A stretch of DNA of 64,000 bases from Candidatus Obscuribacterales bacterium. Its GTDB lineage: Bacteria; Cyanobacteriota; Vampirovibrionia; Obscuribacterales; Obscuribacteraceae. The translations under genes and the position numbers were made by a program. This document shows positions 19,640 through 27,947 of the stretch, in pieces. The DNA lies in NCBI GenBank assembly GCA_965228855.1, contig CBDDIJ010000003.1, positions 1,568,001 through 1,632,000 on the forward strand. The letters are read 5' to 3'. The first letter of the stretch is position 1. Each line of letters begins with the position of its first letter. Under the pieces are notes generated by a model, which was not told the origin of the DNA, did not search any database, and saw only the letters and a list, made by a program, of their open reading frames with translations.

Positions 19640-21196
19640 TCAGGACGGGAATTCATCGTCGTCGCCGCCGGCGGGGAACATTCGGTGTGCGCCGATAGCC
19701 GCAGCCAATGACGAAGCAGCACTTGGCGCTTTCAAACGCGCTCTGGCTTCCGCCTCCTGATACTTCTTCTTGTTCGAGCGAATCGTTTCTGTAGCCTTGT
19801 CGAAATACTCTCCTGGTGTCACACATGGAAGCTTTCTTGCTTTATCGTATGCAACCAGAATCTTCGCGTCTTCAATCAATCGCTTTATGTCAGCGCCGGT
19901 AAGCCCGTCCGTTTCTGCTGCTAGTTTGGCCATGTCGTACTTTCGAAGCTCAAGCGGCAATTTGTACTTGTGATCGTTCAAAATATCTTCCCGCGCTTTT
20001 GCATCAGGCAGTTTGGTTTCCAGCCATAATTCTATGCGACCGGAACGCACCAGTGCTGGTGGCACGCTTCCAACGTCCATCGTGGTCATTATTATGCACA
20101 CTCGCCTGTTACTCTCGCTTTCCAGACCGTCGAGCATGGTCAGCAAGTAACGGTAGAGTCCGAAGTCTTCTTTGTTTTCAAAGATTACATCGCTATCGTC
20201 TATGAATATTATTGATGGTGCGTTATTTTTTGCAGACTCGAAAACCCGCTGAATCTTCGCGTAGAAATCACGGCTACCAGAGATAAATGTTCCGTCAACG
20301 AGAAAGAACTTGCTTTTCAATCGGTGAGCAAGAGCCCTCCCGATGGTGGTCTTTCCAGTGCCGGGTGGACCGGCAAGCAACACACCTCTTTTGGGTTGAA
20401 TATCATATTCGGTGGCAAGGTCATCTCTCTCCAGCGGGATAATGATGTTTGCTTCGAGGCTCTCAATTACATCATCAACGCCACGCAGAGATTTGATATC
20501 TACAGCCTCGACCTCTTCCAGGTCCACGTTGCTTCCCATACGCTGATTACGCATGTACTCGATAAACTTTTCCGTATCGAGGCTCTTCGTTTTTTGCAAC
20601 CATATACACGCACTGCGCAATTGGTGCGCGTTCAGTTTCGGCGCAAAGCGAAAAATCTTGTGGAAGTCGAGTTTTTTAGCTTTGTCTCCAAGATAACTTT
20701 GGCACAGTGCCTGGTAATCCGAAAAATCGAACTTGCGAACGTTAGCACAATAGCCTCGATTCCAGATGGGTCTCGGAGTGTTTCCTTCCATTCCGAAAAT
20801 CAATTTCTTGCTCGGATGGTTTGCAACAAATGTGGCAACACTGGTTAAAATCGCCTCGACGAACTTTCCGCGCGGATATGGAGAACCGAATCCACAGCCG
20901 GATATCACGTCGTAAATCAAATCCAGGTCATCCATGATGACAATATCGCTTTTCGAAAGTGCAGACATCAGCATCGCCTCGAGAGTTTCTTCCATGGCGA
21001 GTGGATCTTGCTTGCGGATATCATCGATGAAGTCTTTGCAGGTTAGAAACTGTCCGCCCTTGTTTTTGTGGAACTCCTCAAGAATGGTCGTTTTCCCCAT
21101 TCCCGCATGAGCCCAGACAATGAGAATATTGCCTGCGTCATATGCCTCGTTTAAATAATCGAAAGCCTTTTGCTGAGCTGGGGACAGCTTGATCAT
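19640..21196 (-). CDS. Tandem AAA+ ATPase (divergent N-terminal module plus classic AAA module)
   Basis: AGMGKT / IVIMDDLD and GPPGTGKT / IFIDDSD, RSGRIE, TDGLTGADI; ATG at 21196 with AGGAGG RBS. Confidence 0.85.
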   Translation of the reverse strand: MIKLSPAQQKAFDYLNEAYDAGNILIVWAHAGMGKTTILEEFHKNKGGQFLTCKDFIDDIRKQDPLAMEETLEAMLMSALSKSDIVIMDDLDLIYDVISGCGFGSPYPRGKFVEAILTSVATFVANHPSKKLIFGMEGNTPRPIWNRGYCANVRKFDFSDYQALCQSYLGDKAKKLDFHKIFRFAPKLNAHQLRSACIWLQKTKSLDTEKFIEYMRNQRMGSNVDLEEVEAVDIKSLRGVDDVIESLEANIIIPLERDDLATEYDIQPKRGVLLAGPPGTGKTTIGRALAHRLKSKFFLVDGTFISGSRDFYAKIQRVFESAKNNAPSIIFIDDSDVIFENKEDFGLYRYLLTMLDGLESESNRRVCIIMTTMDVGSVPPALVRSGRIELWLETKLPDAKAREDILNDHKYKLPLELRKYDMAKLAAETDGLTGADIKRLIEDAKILVAYDKARKLPCVTPGEYFDKATETIRSNKKKYQEAEARARLKAPSAASSLAAAIGAHRMFPAGGDDDEFPS

Positions 21197-21239
21197 GAAA
21201 CCTCCTGAACCTTCAGCGCGCTGAAGGTCGTTCCTGTGA

Positions 21240-21310
21240 GATGCCTGCAATGCCTGGACTACTACATGGGATGCCGAGTTTCAGAGGATGCCTGGATGCC
21301 TGGACTTCTA
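21240..21310. repeat. Cluster of short ATGCCTG(G) direct repeats, including two ATGCCTGGACT(A/T)CTA copies
   Basis: gatgcctgca-atgcctggactacta...gatgccg...ggatgcctg-gatgcctggacttcta. Confidence 0.55.
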
Positions 21311-21447
21311 TCGTTCCCTAATTGACACGTGAATTATCTGCCGCATAGACCCTTATACCAGATTGTTACGCAGCCCGCCGACCGTTTGGCAGAAACGGAG
21401 CAGATACCGTTTCTACCTGACAGTGATGCAACCAAGCCCGGATTTTT

Positions 21448-21876
21448 CTAAACCGCCTGCTCCAGTATATCGCCCTCGATGTACATCCACCGACCATCGA
21501 GCTTTTCAAAACGACTCTTCTCTTTGAACGTATTGTCGAGCCCGCCCTGGCGCAAGTAGGCTGTGAAAGTCACAAATGCCTCTTCGCTACCATCAACAAA
21601 CTCGTCGACCGTTAGTGAATCAAACTGAGTATGCTGCGAGAATTTGTGCAGGTCCTCACGCCACGCCGCGGTGTCTGCCTGGAAGTTAGGATTTTTCGGA
21701 TGCGTCGTTTCAATAATGTAGTCACTCAAGTCCAGTGCGTATGCCGAGTAACGAGAGCGCATAAGTTTCAGTGCACTTTCAGGAAGAGCTCCATCATGAT
21801 ATGGTTTGCAGCACTTGTGATAGAGGGCTTTGCTACTGCACGGGCAGTTGAAATACTTTGACACAGTTTGCGACAC
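21448..21876 (-). CDS. ychJ: YchJ family protein (SEC-C motif)
   Basis: CPCSS..YHKCCKPYH, LMRSRYSAY, EKSRFEK.DGRWMYIEG. Confidence 0.92.
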   Translation of the reverse strand: MSQTVSKYFNCPCSSKALYHKCCKPYHDGALPESALKLMRSRYSAYALDLSDYIIETTHPKNPNFQADTAAWREDLHKFSQHTQFDSLTVDEFVDGSEEAFVTFTAYLRQGGLDNTFKEKSRFEKLDGRWMYIEGDILEQAV

Positions 21877-21970
21877 CTTTACGAGTGAAACATGCCGAGA
21901 TTTTTAAACATGGCACGTCAAAGATTGTATTATGTCCAATGTAAATCGGTCTTGTTGAGCGAGGTTTCTT

Positions 21971-22513
21971 ATGAAACGCTTTAGATTTTTGGTTGCATCT
22001 TTGGGCATGACAGCTTGCGCACTCAGTTTCCATGTCGGCGCATTCGCTCAAAGCTCAACAGTCAGCTCCGAAACTACAGTTCAAACCCGCGGCGTCGGCT
22101 TCAAGGGCGCAAATGTTTTCAACCCTAAATACAAAGAGCGCATCGGCACGTACGCCGAGCAAATCGAAATGGGTCAGAACAAAGGTTGGTTGACACCAGA
22201 AGAAGTATCTCAGTTTAAATCAAGGCTCGAAGGAATGAAACAGCAAGAAGCGGCTGCAGCAGCAAAAGGCTGGGTAAAATCCGACATCGACGCAATCGAT
22301 AAAGTTTTCACTCAATTTAATATCGACCTGACCAAAGCCGCGAATAAACCAGCGCCTTCAGCGAACTCTGCAAAATCGGACGACGAAACAACTGACACCG
22401 CCCCCAGTACCACTACGAAAAACAAAACCACCACAAAGGCAGTTACGAAGAAGGCAGCTGCAGCTGCAAAAACGACTACGAAGAAAACTGTCAGCAAAAA
22501 AGCCACAAAGTAA
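21971..22513 (+). CDS. Secreted hypothetical protein with Lys/Thr/Ala-rich C-terminal tail
   Basis: RBS GAGG; signal peptide ending AFA; helical core; tail KTTTKAVTKKAAAAAKTTTKKTVSKKATK. Confidence 0.8.
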   Translation: MKRFRFLVASLGMTACALSFHVGAFAQSSTVSSETTVQTRGVGFKGANVFNPKYKERIGTYAEQIEMGQNKGWLTPEEVSQFKSRLEGMKQQEAAAAAKGWVKSDIDAIDKVFTQFNIDLTKAANKPAPSANSAKSDDETTDTAPSTTTKNKTTTKAVTKKAAAAAKTTTKKTVSKKATK

Positions 22514-22522
22514 CACCGTTAG

Positions 22523-23071
22523 CTAGTGACCAGACAGTTGAACCGTACAAACTGTGGTGAGCGTGTTTACGGCTATCAACCCTAGAGTAGCGAAACCATA
22601 CTTGCGAAATTGCCGCCAGCTTTCGGACGTGTAGATTAAGAGCCCGCTAGACACGATGGTCAGAAGGCTCACTTGAGCCGCGACAGCGAGCAGATCACTT
22701 TGCCACGGCAGGCATTGATATTCCGGTACGTTGTGGTATCTGTAAATCCCCCACAAGGGAACGCTTAGACTGACCAACGCTGGGGGCAGCAAAAACGTTG
22801 CCTGTAGGCGGCTTGGCACATTCTTGCGGTCGCTAGTGCATAGGTGTACCAACCACCATGTGAGGGGACAAATTGGGGGTGTGATGTAACTTAGAAAAAA
22901 CGACCATAGTATCATTGAGAAGGTCCCCCACGTCAGCCACAGAGGCGGGGTAGCTAACAGCCCCTCCGGTGGAACTAAGTCCCGAATCACCCCGTAGTAA
23001 TAGCCGACCACACAGGCGCTTACGACCAAAATCGTGCTCGATATGACTGATGTTCTAAGTCCGTTTGTCAC
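22523..23071 (-). CDS. Hypothetical integral membrane protein
   Basis: About 5 hydrophobic segments; fills the gap between neighbours. Confidence 0.6.
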   Translation of the reverse strand: MTNGLRTSVISSTILVVSACVVGYYYGVIRDLVPPEGLLATPPLWLTWGTFSMILWSFFLSYITPPICPLTWWLVHLCTSDRKNVPSRLQATFLLPPALVSLSVPLWGIYRYHNVPEYQCLPWQSDLLAVAAQVSLLTIVSSGLLIYTSESWRQFRKYGFATLGLIAVNTLTTVCTVQLSGH

Positions 23072-23185
23072 TTTCCTGGTCGCTCGATCGTCTGACTGAC
23101 AAGATTTATATACCCATCGAAGCCGCTACGCGTTCGAGAGAGCTAAACTCTCCTCTAAGATGGTGTCCGTAGAGGCTGGAACGGT

Positions 23186-23818
23186 CTACTTTTGCTTTCG
23201 ATAGTACATATACAGATCCATGCCGGGCGGGTTGGAAGTGACGTACATGCTTGTCTGAATGCCCGACGACTCTACACCTTCGACTTCGGCAAAGAAACCG
23301 AAGTGACCGAGTTCGGAAACTACCTCGCGAAACATATCACGCGGCACGATTACAGCTGTCAAAATAGAGTCCTTTAGCATCGATTGAAGCAGTAAACGAA
23401 CGATCGCGTGTGCCACTGCCTGCGGTTCCGTGCTGGCATCCGGGGTGGTGCGCACATAAATCGCACCGCGTTTGTTTCGATCGATATTGAGTTTGTTCAA
23501 ACGATGGCTTCCCATCGCCTTTCCCTCGTGATACCAGAGATCCTCATAGACTCTAGTTTTCAAATCCTCTTCATCAAGAGAAACCCTGGTCGTCTTCCGA
23601 TAACTTACACGAAGACTCGTGATTGGTCGGAGTTTCGAACCAGGGTTTGCAAATAGCTGTTTCTTTTTTTCAACATCAACATAGATGATCCAGTCATTGT
23701 TGATGTTTAAATGCGTCTCTCCGAAGTCGCCTTCATTCGCCGCAGCTAAAGCCGGTGATGCCGGAATGACGGTCAAAAAGATTACCGTCAGAAAAATTGC
23801 CAGGCGTTTAAACGACAT
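23186..23818 (-). CDS. Secreted hypothetical protein
   Basis: Signal peptide ending SPALA; 9 nt downstream of the previous co-oriented gene. Confidence 0.75.
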   Translation of the reverse strand: MSFKRLAIFLTVIFLTVIPASPALAAANEGDFGETHLNINNDWIIYVDVEKKKQLFANPGSKLRPITSLRVSYRKTTRVSLDEEDLKTRVYEDLWYHEGKAMGSHRLNKLNIDRNKRGAIYVRTTPDASTEPQAVAHAIVRLLLQSMLKDSILTAVIVPRDMFREVVSELGHFGFFAEVEGVESSGIQTSMYVTSNPPGMDLYMYYRKQK

Positions 23819-23827
23819 CGCTTGGGT

Positions 23828-24619
23828 TTAATAGAACTGCTTGAACACTACAGCGACTTCGCCACCAGATGAGGTGGCAGGTCTTTGAACGTTGCAAACA
23901 GCTTTAGTGTTGGCGTTACCCCAGTTCAGCCAAACGTTGTTGCAACCTGGGTTATCGCTGCTCGTGCAGTTGTCGCAACCAGGCGGAAATACACCGACTT
24001 TATTCAGGTTCGGACTGTTAGGTTTTGTCCCAAGTGGCAAATTCGAGAACGTCGTAACACTGGTCTGTCCTGCAGTTCCCCAGTTGCCGCCGCCACTCAG
24101 GTTGAACTGCATTCGGCAGTTTACGCCGTTAACGCAGCTTATATCGATTGCCTCCTGCGGAGATGGGGCTTGAGGCGGATGAACGTAAGCAGGAGTGTTG
24201 TTGTCGAGTGTGAACTCGGCCAGGTTTATTCCATTAGGATAATTTGTCGGAGGGCAGCTCAGAGGCGGAGTGCCAAAGGAAATGTTTCCGCTGATAGCGG
24301 TGCCCGGCGGTGGATTGTACGTGACTTTCTGTCCGCGCTGGAGCATGAATGAACCTTGTAGACCGCTCCCCGACCAGGTAACAGGAGGGTTGAACGTCAC
24401 TTGTTGTACGTTTTGAACGTATCCCGGGTTGGTTCCATAAAATCCGGGGAAGGCACCCAGAGTCAAATAGACCTGAACCGCGGCGTTGCTTCCATTGGTG
24501 ACCGACAGCGCCGTCTGTCCCATTCCCTGCGCTTTTGTAGGGACATTGCTCGTGTACCAGAAGGCACACAATGCCGCGACGAAAACGCTTAGCATAGCTG
24601 CTACGCGACCTTTTCTCAT
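23828..24619 (-). CDS. Secreted thaumatin-like protein
   Basis: Signal peptide; LSVTNGS..VQV; LAEFTL...IDISCVNGVN.RM resembles thaumatin LAEFTL...YDVSLVDGFNxPM; 7 Cys in the mature part; ATG at 24619 with GGAGG RBS. Confidence 0.65.
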   Translation of the reverse strand: MRKGRVAAMLSVFVAALCAFWYTSNVPTKAQGMGQTALSVTNGSNAAVQVYLTLGAFPGFYGTNPGYVQNVQQVTFNPPVTWSGSGLQGSFMLQRGQKVTYNPPPGTAISGNISFGTPPLSCPPTNYPNGINLAEFTLDNNTPAYVHPPQAPSPQEAIDISCVNGVNCRMQFNLSGGGNWGTAGQTSVTTFSNLPLGTKPNSPNLNKVGVFPPGCDNCTSSDNPGCNNVWLNWGNANTKAVCNVQRPATSSGGEVAVVFKQFY

Positions 24620-24699
24620 ATCGATCCTCCAACTCAAACGAACCTACCCAGGAGACAAACCATTCCTTCCAGGAAGTTTTCAATTATCGCAGATGAAAC

Positions 24700-25287
24700 C
24701 TATTCGTTAATGAAATATCGCTTTGTAGTCGGATTGCGGCCAAGGTTTTCCCAGTTTCGAGACGCGCTGAGGAGAAACGGTACGGGGCTTGTGATTCCCG
24801 GTATCGTCAAACCGCCGGAAGCAGGAGACAAAATGGCCGGCGAAATCAGAGCCTGCACCTCAAGATCGAGATTGTAGATGCAAGGAGATTTCTCAACATC
24901 GGGCAGCCATGCTGTCGGAATTTGGCCAGGCTTCTCGACCACCAGAACTTCGATAGGATGAGCATTAAGAAAAACGCGAGAAGCTCGCATTTTGAGTTTA
25001 AGCTTAGTGCACTTAACTCCACCAAGTCGCTCAAGCCGCGTGGCAAGCGACGGGTCTGCTTCTAATATGTCATGCGCCTGGCTATATGTCTCGCAAAGCG
25101 CCAATTTGCGTACGTAACCGTTCACTATTTCCTGAGCGAGCAGCCAACGGACCGGCAAAATCGCAAAGTCGAGAAATGGCAAAAGTATCACAAGGACTAG
25201 CATGACTATGGCTGCGGTAAACTCAGCCAATTGGCTACCTCGCGTTGAGCGACGCAGATGATTTTCGAATTTTCGAGAACGACGCAT
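24700..25287 (-). CDS. TadE-like Flp pilus pseudopilin
   Basis: Basic leader then RG|SQLAEF plus hydrophobic helix (class III signal, Glu at +5). Confidence 0.7.
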   Translation of the reverse strand: MRRSRKFENHLRRSTRGSQLAEFTAAIVMLVLVILLPFLDFAILPVRWLLAQEIVNGYVRKLALCETYSQAHDILEADPSLATRLERLGGVKCTKLKLKMRASRVFLNAHPIEVLVVEKPGQIPTAWLPDVEKSPCIYNLDLEVQALISPAILSPASGGLTIPGITSPVPFLLSASRNWENLGRNPTTKRYFINE

Positions 25288-25342
25288 TGGTAAAACGCTT
25301 TTCGTGCGATACTTTGGAAGCCCGACTTACGGATAAAGTACC

Positions 25343-26242
25343 ATGAAACGCCAGCGCCAATCGAGCGGCAAGATGCTGATTCTCATCGCGCTGGTTATCG
25401 TCTTAATCACATTCATTTTTCTCATCGGTATCGTGTTCGTGACTCTTCTGTCCCAGCACACCCGGTCTCAGTACAACGTCGATGCATTCGCTCTAAATCT
25501 TGCGAAGATATTGAACGACCACGATCGCGTCGGTCAAATGAATCAAGTTCTGGCACGTAACCGCGAGCTCATTTACACAACACGCCAGGATTATATTGGC
25601 TGCGAAGAACAGGGATTAAGCCATCTTGCTCCGCTCTGCGACCAGCTAATCAATGAAGCTTACGAAAGTCACGAATTAATCGAGAGCGAGCAACTTCATC
25701 AAATCGATGCTGTGTCGAAGGAGCTTGTGAAAGCAACGAGAGCATACAACAACAATCGCAACGGGAGCAGCATCTCGATCTTTCCCTGGCTGAAAACATT
25801 TGAGCCTGAAATTACCCGAGTGGACGTGGGATGTATCAAAAATGTTCAGTCGAACGTACGCGAATCGACAGTCGTCGAGCAACTTTTCGAACATGACAAA
25901 AAGCAAGGGTATTTGGAACCGAAGAGCGGCCTTTTTCGCGCAAACATAAACGCTAAATTGCCGGTGCCGGATGAACAACTGAAATTTAAATTCTCTGCGC
26001 TGCCCGCGTTCGTTGAAAACACTTGCGCACCACCGAGAGTGGCAAATCTCGAGATGTTCGAGCAATATCCGATCGTGATTCGCGACAAGAATTCCGGTTC
26101 GAAACCAAACGATCGATTACCATACGCAGTCAAGCTCTATACAACCATGGACGTGGCGCTGGATGCTGAAAAACTGGATCGGCACGAAATTACGGTTAAC
26201 TCCGTTGGTGTCGCTGGCGGTGCCATCTCCGACTACGAGTAG
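25343..26242 (+). CDS. TadG/Tad-like pilus-associated protein
   Basis: Basic leader RQRQSSG followed by a long hydrophobic helix, then Q..VDAFAL..A (TadG-like Q.A.DAAALA). Confidence 0.6.
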   Translation: MKRQRQSSGKMLILIALVIVLITFIFLIGIVFVTLLSQHTRSQYNVDAFALNLAKILNDHDRVGQMNQVLARNRELIYTTRQDYIGCEEQGLSHLAPLCDQLINEAYESHELIESEQLHQIDAVSKELVKATRAYNNNRNGSSISIFPWLKTFEPEITRVDVGCIKNVQSNVRESTVVEQLFEHDKKQGYLEPKSGLFRANINAKLPVPDEQLKFKFSALPAFVENTCAPPRVANLEMFEQYPIVIRDKNSGSKPNDRLPYAVKLYTTMDVALDAEKLDRHEITVNSVGVAGGAISDYE

Positions 26243-26248
26243 CAGACG

Positions 26249-27844
26249 CTAGAGTTCAAAAGCCTTCAGCTGTTGAGCGACCTGGAGCGTGTGAATCTGT
26301 TTACCACCGGTTGCTTTTTTCACTTCTTCATTCAAAGCAACAAATCCGCTGTCGCTGGTTGGATCATCCGCACAAAGAAGCGACATCGGCACGTGCGTCA
26401 ACTGCACCACATCCTCCGGCGGGATACCCTTTACACGCGACTTCCCATAGGTTTGATCGACGTAAACTTTATTGATTTTCGTTCCGGGCGCCTTCACGAT
26501 GTTCCACTCGACTTGAGCGTGCGAGGAAAGAACTAGAATGCTGTTTGGAAACTTGGGTGTCAACTTGACTGTTACGTGCCCCATGATGTTAGGGTTATTG
26601 TCCTCACTTCTTGGCGTATCATGCGCCTGACCGAGATAAATAGCTTGCACGGCGGGATTCGAAATATAGTTCTTATTCACCCAGGTTGTCGGGGCATTGT
26701 CGTCGCCATTGTAGATGTAACCAGGTTGCCGCCCGTCCATCAGCAGCTGAATACTCTCCGAATTAGACATACCGACTGCGCCCACCACACCAAGGAGGAG
26801 AACGGAAATACCGGCGATAATCAAAGGCTTCTTGCTCTTGGACGGTGTGGACGAACTCGAATCGATTTTGGCAATTGGTTTTCCACTTTGAGTTCTGTAC
26901 GCAGCTGCATCCACCAAACAGTCGAGTGTTTTAGCACCAACTGAGGTAAAAGCGGCTACTTTCAATTCTTCAGCTGTTTGCCAGCGCTCGTCTGGATTTT
27001 TGCGCATCGCCTTTAGTATCACTTGTTCGAGCGCCGCCGGAATTCCAGCTGACGGTGCAATTTCGTTCATCGGTTCAGGTTCGTTGTGAACGTGAGCATA
27101 CATCATCTGTAAAGCGTTCTGAGCTCTAAACGGCGTTCTCCCCGTCAAGGTTTCATACATCAAACATCCAAGCGAATAAATATCGGTTCGATGATCGATC
27201 GGTCCCGCCTGGCACTGTTCGGGACTCATATAGTACGGGCTGCCGATTGTTTCATGAGCTGCGGTCAGCTGTGGTGCGTTTTTCTCAAGCGACTTGGCTA
27301 TACCAAAGTCGACGATTTTAGCCAATTCTATACCATCATCATTTTCTATCATGATGTTGGACGGTTTCAAATCGCGGTGTGCAACACCTTTCTTATGAGC
27401 GTGGCTCAGTGCATCACAAATTTGCGCAAAGATTCGCACCGCGCGTCGCGGCTCCAGCATTCCCTCTCGCGCGATCAAATCCGCCAGAGTCAAACCTTCG
27501 AGCAGGTCCATAATCAGATAAGGAGTGCCGTCTTCAAGTCGTCCAAAGTCAAAGACCGGGCAAACATTCGTGTGGCTCAGGCTAGCAGCTAGAGTCGCCT
27601 CTTGCTTGAACCTCGCGAAGATATCCTCGCTAACTCGAAAATCGGGGTGTAAAACTTTGATTGCGACTTTACGCCCGATTTCCACGTGCTCAGCCGCGAA
27701 AAGAGCGCCCATCCCGCCAGTGCCGACCAGCTTCTGGATCTGATAGCGCCCAATGGTCGTGCCAATATGCGTAACGTAAGCGCCCGAAGTCCCACCGCCA
27801 GCGGGCATCGGTGTGGTTTTATCGAAACTCTGGTCCTGCGTCAT
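26249..27844 (-). CDS. Hanks-type Ser/Thr protein kinase with TM helix and extracytoplasmic domain
   Basis: GTGGMG, VAIKVL, HRDLKPSN, DFGIAK, GSPYYMSPEQ, DIYSLG; TM LIIAGISVLLLGVVGAVG. Confidence 0.96.
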   Translation of the reverse strand: MTQDQSFDKTTPMPAGGGTSGAYVTHIGTTIGRYQIQKLVGTGGMGALFAAEHVEIGRKVAIKVLHPDFRVSEDIFARFKQEATLAASLSHTNVCPVFDFGRLEDGTPYLIMDLLEGLTLADLIAREGMLEPRRAVRIFAQICDALSHAHKKGVAHRDLKPSNIMIENDDGIELAKIVDFGIAKSLEKNAPQLTAAHETIGSPYYMSPEQCQAGPIDHRTDIYSLGCLMYETLTGRTPFRAQNALQMMYAHVHNEPEPMNEIAPSAGIPAALEQVILKAMRKNPDERWQTAEELKVAAFTSVGAKTLDCLVDAAAYRTQSGKPIAKIDSSSSTPSKSKKPLIIAGISVLLLGVVGAVGMSNSESIQLLMDGRQPGYIYNGDDNAPTTWVNKNYISNPAVQAIYLGQAHDTPRSEDNNPNIMGHVTVKLTPKFPNSILVLSSHAQVEWNIVKAPGTKINKVYVDQTYGKSRVKGIPPEDVVQLTHVPMSLLCADDPTSDSGFVALNEEVKKATGGKQIHTLQVAQQLKAFEL

Positions 27845-27947
27845 GCGTTCTCCTCACAAACATTATGAACGAGAAACCAATCTTGAGCGCCACTTGATAT
27901 CATTTAATGATTAGATATTGCGAGGCTCTGCGAAACATCGGAGATGT

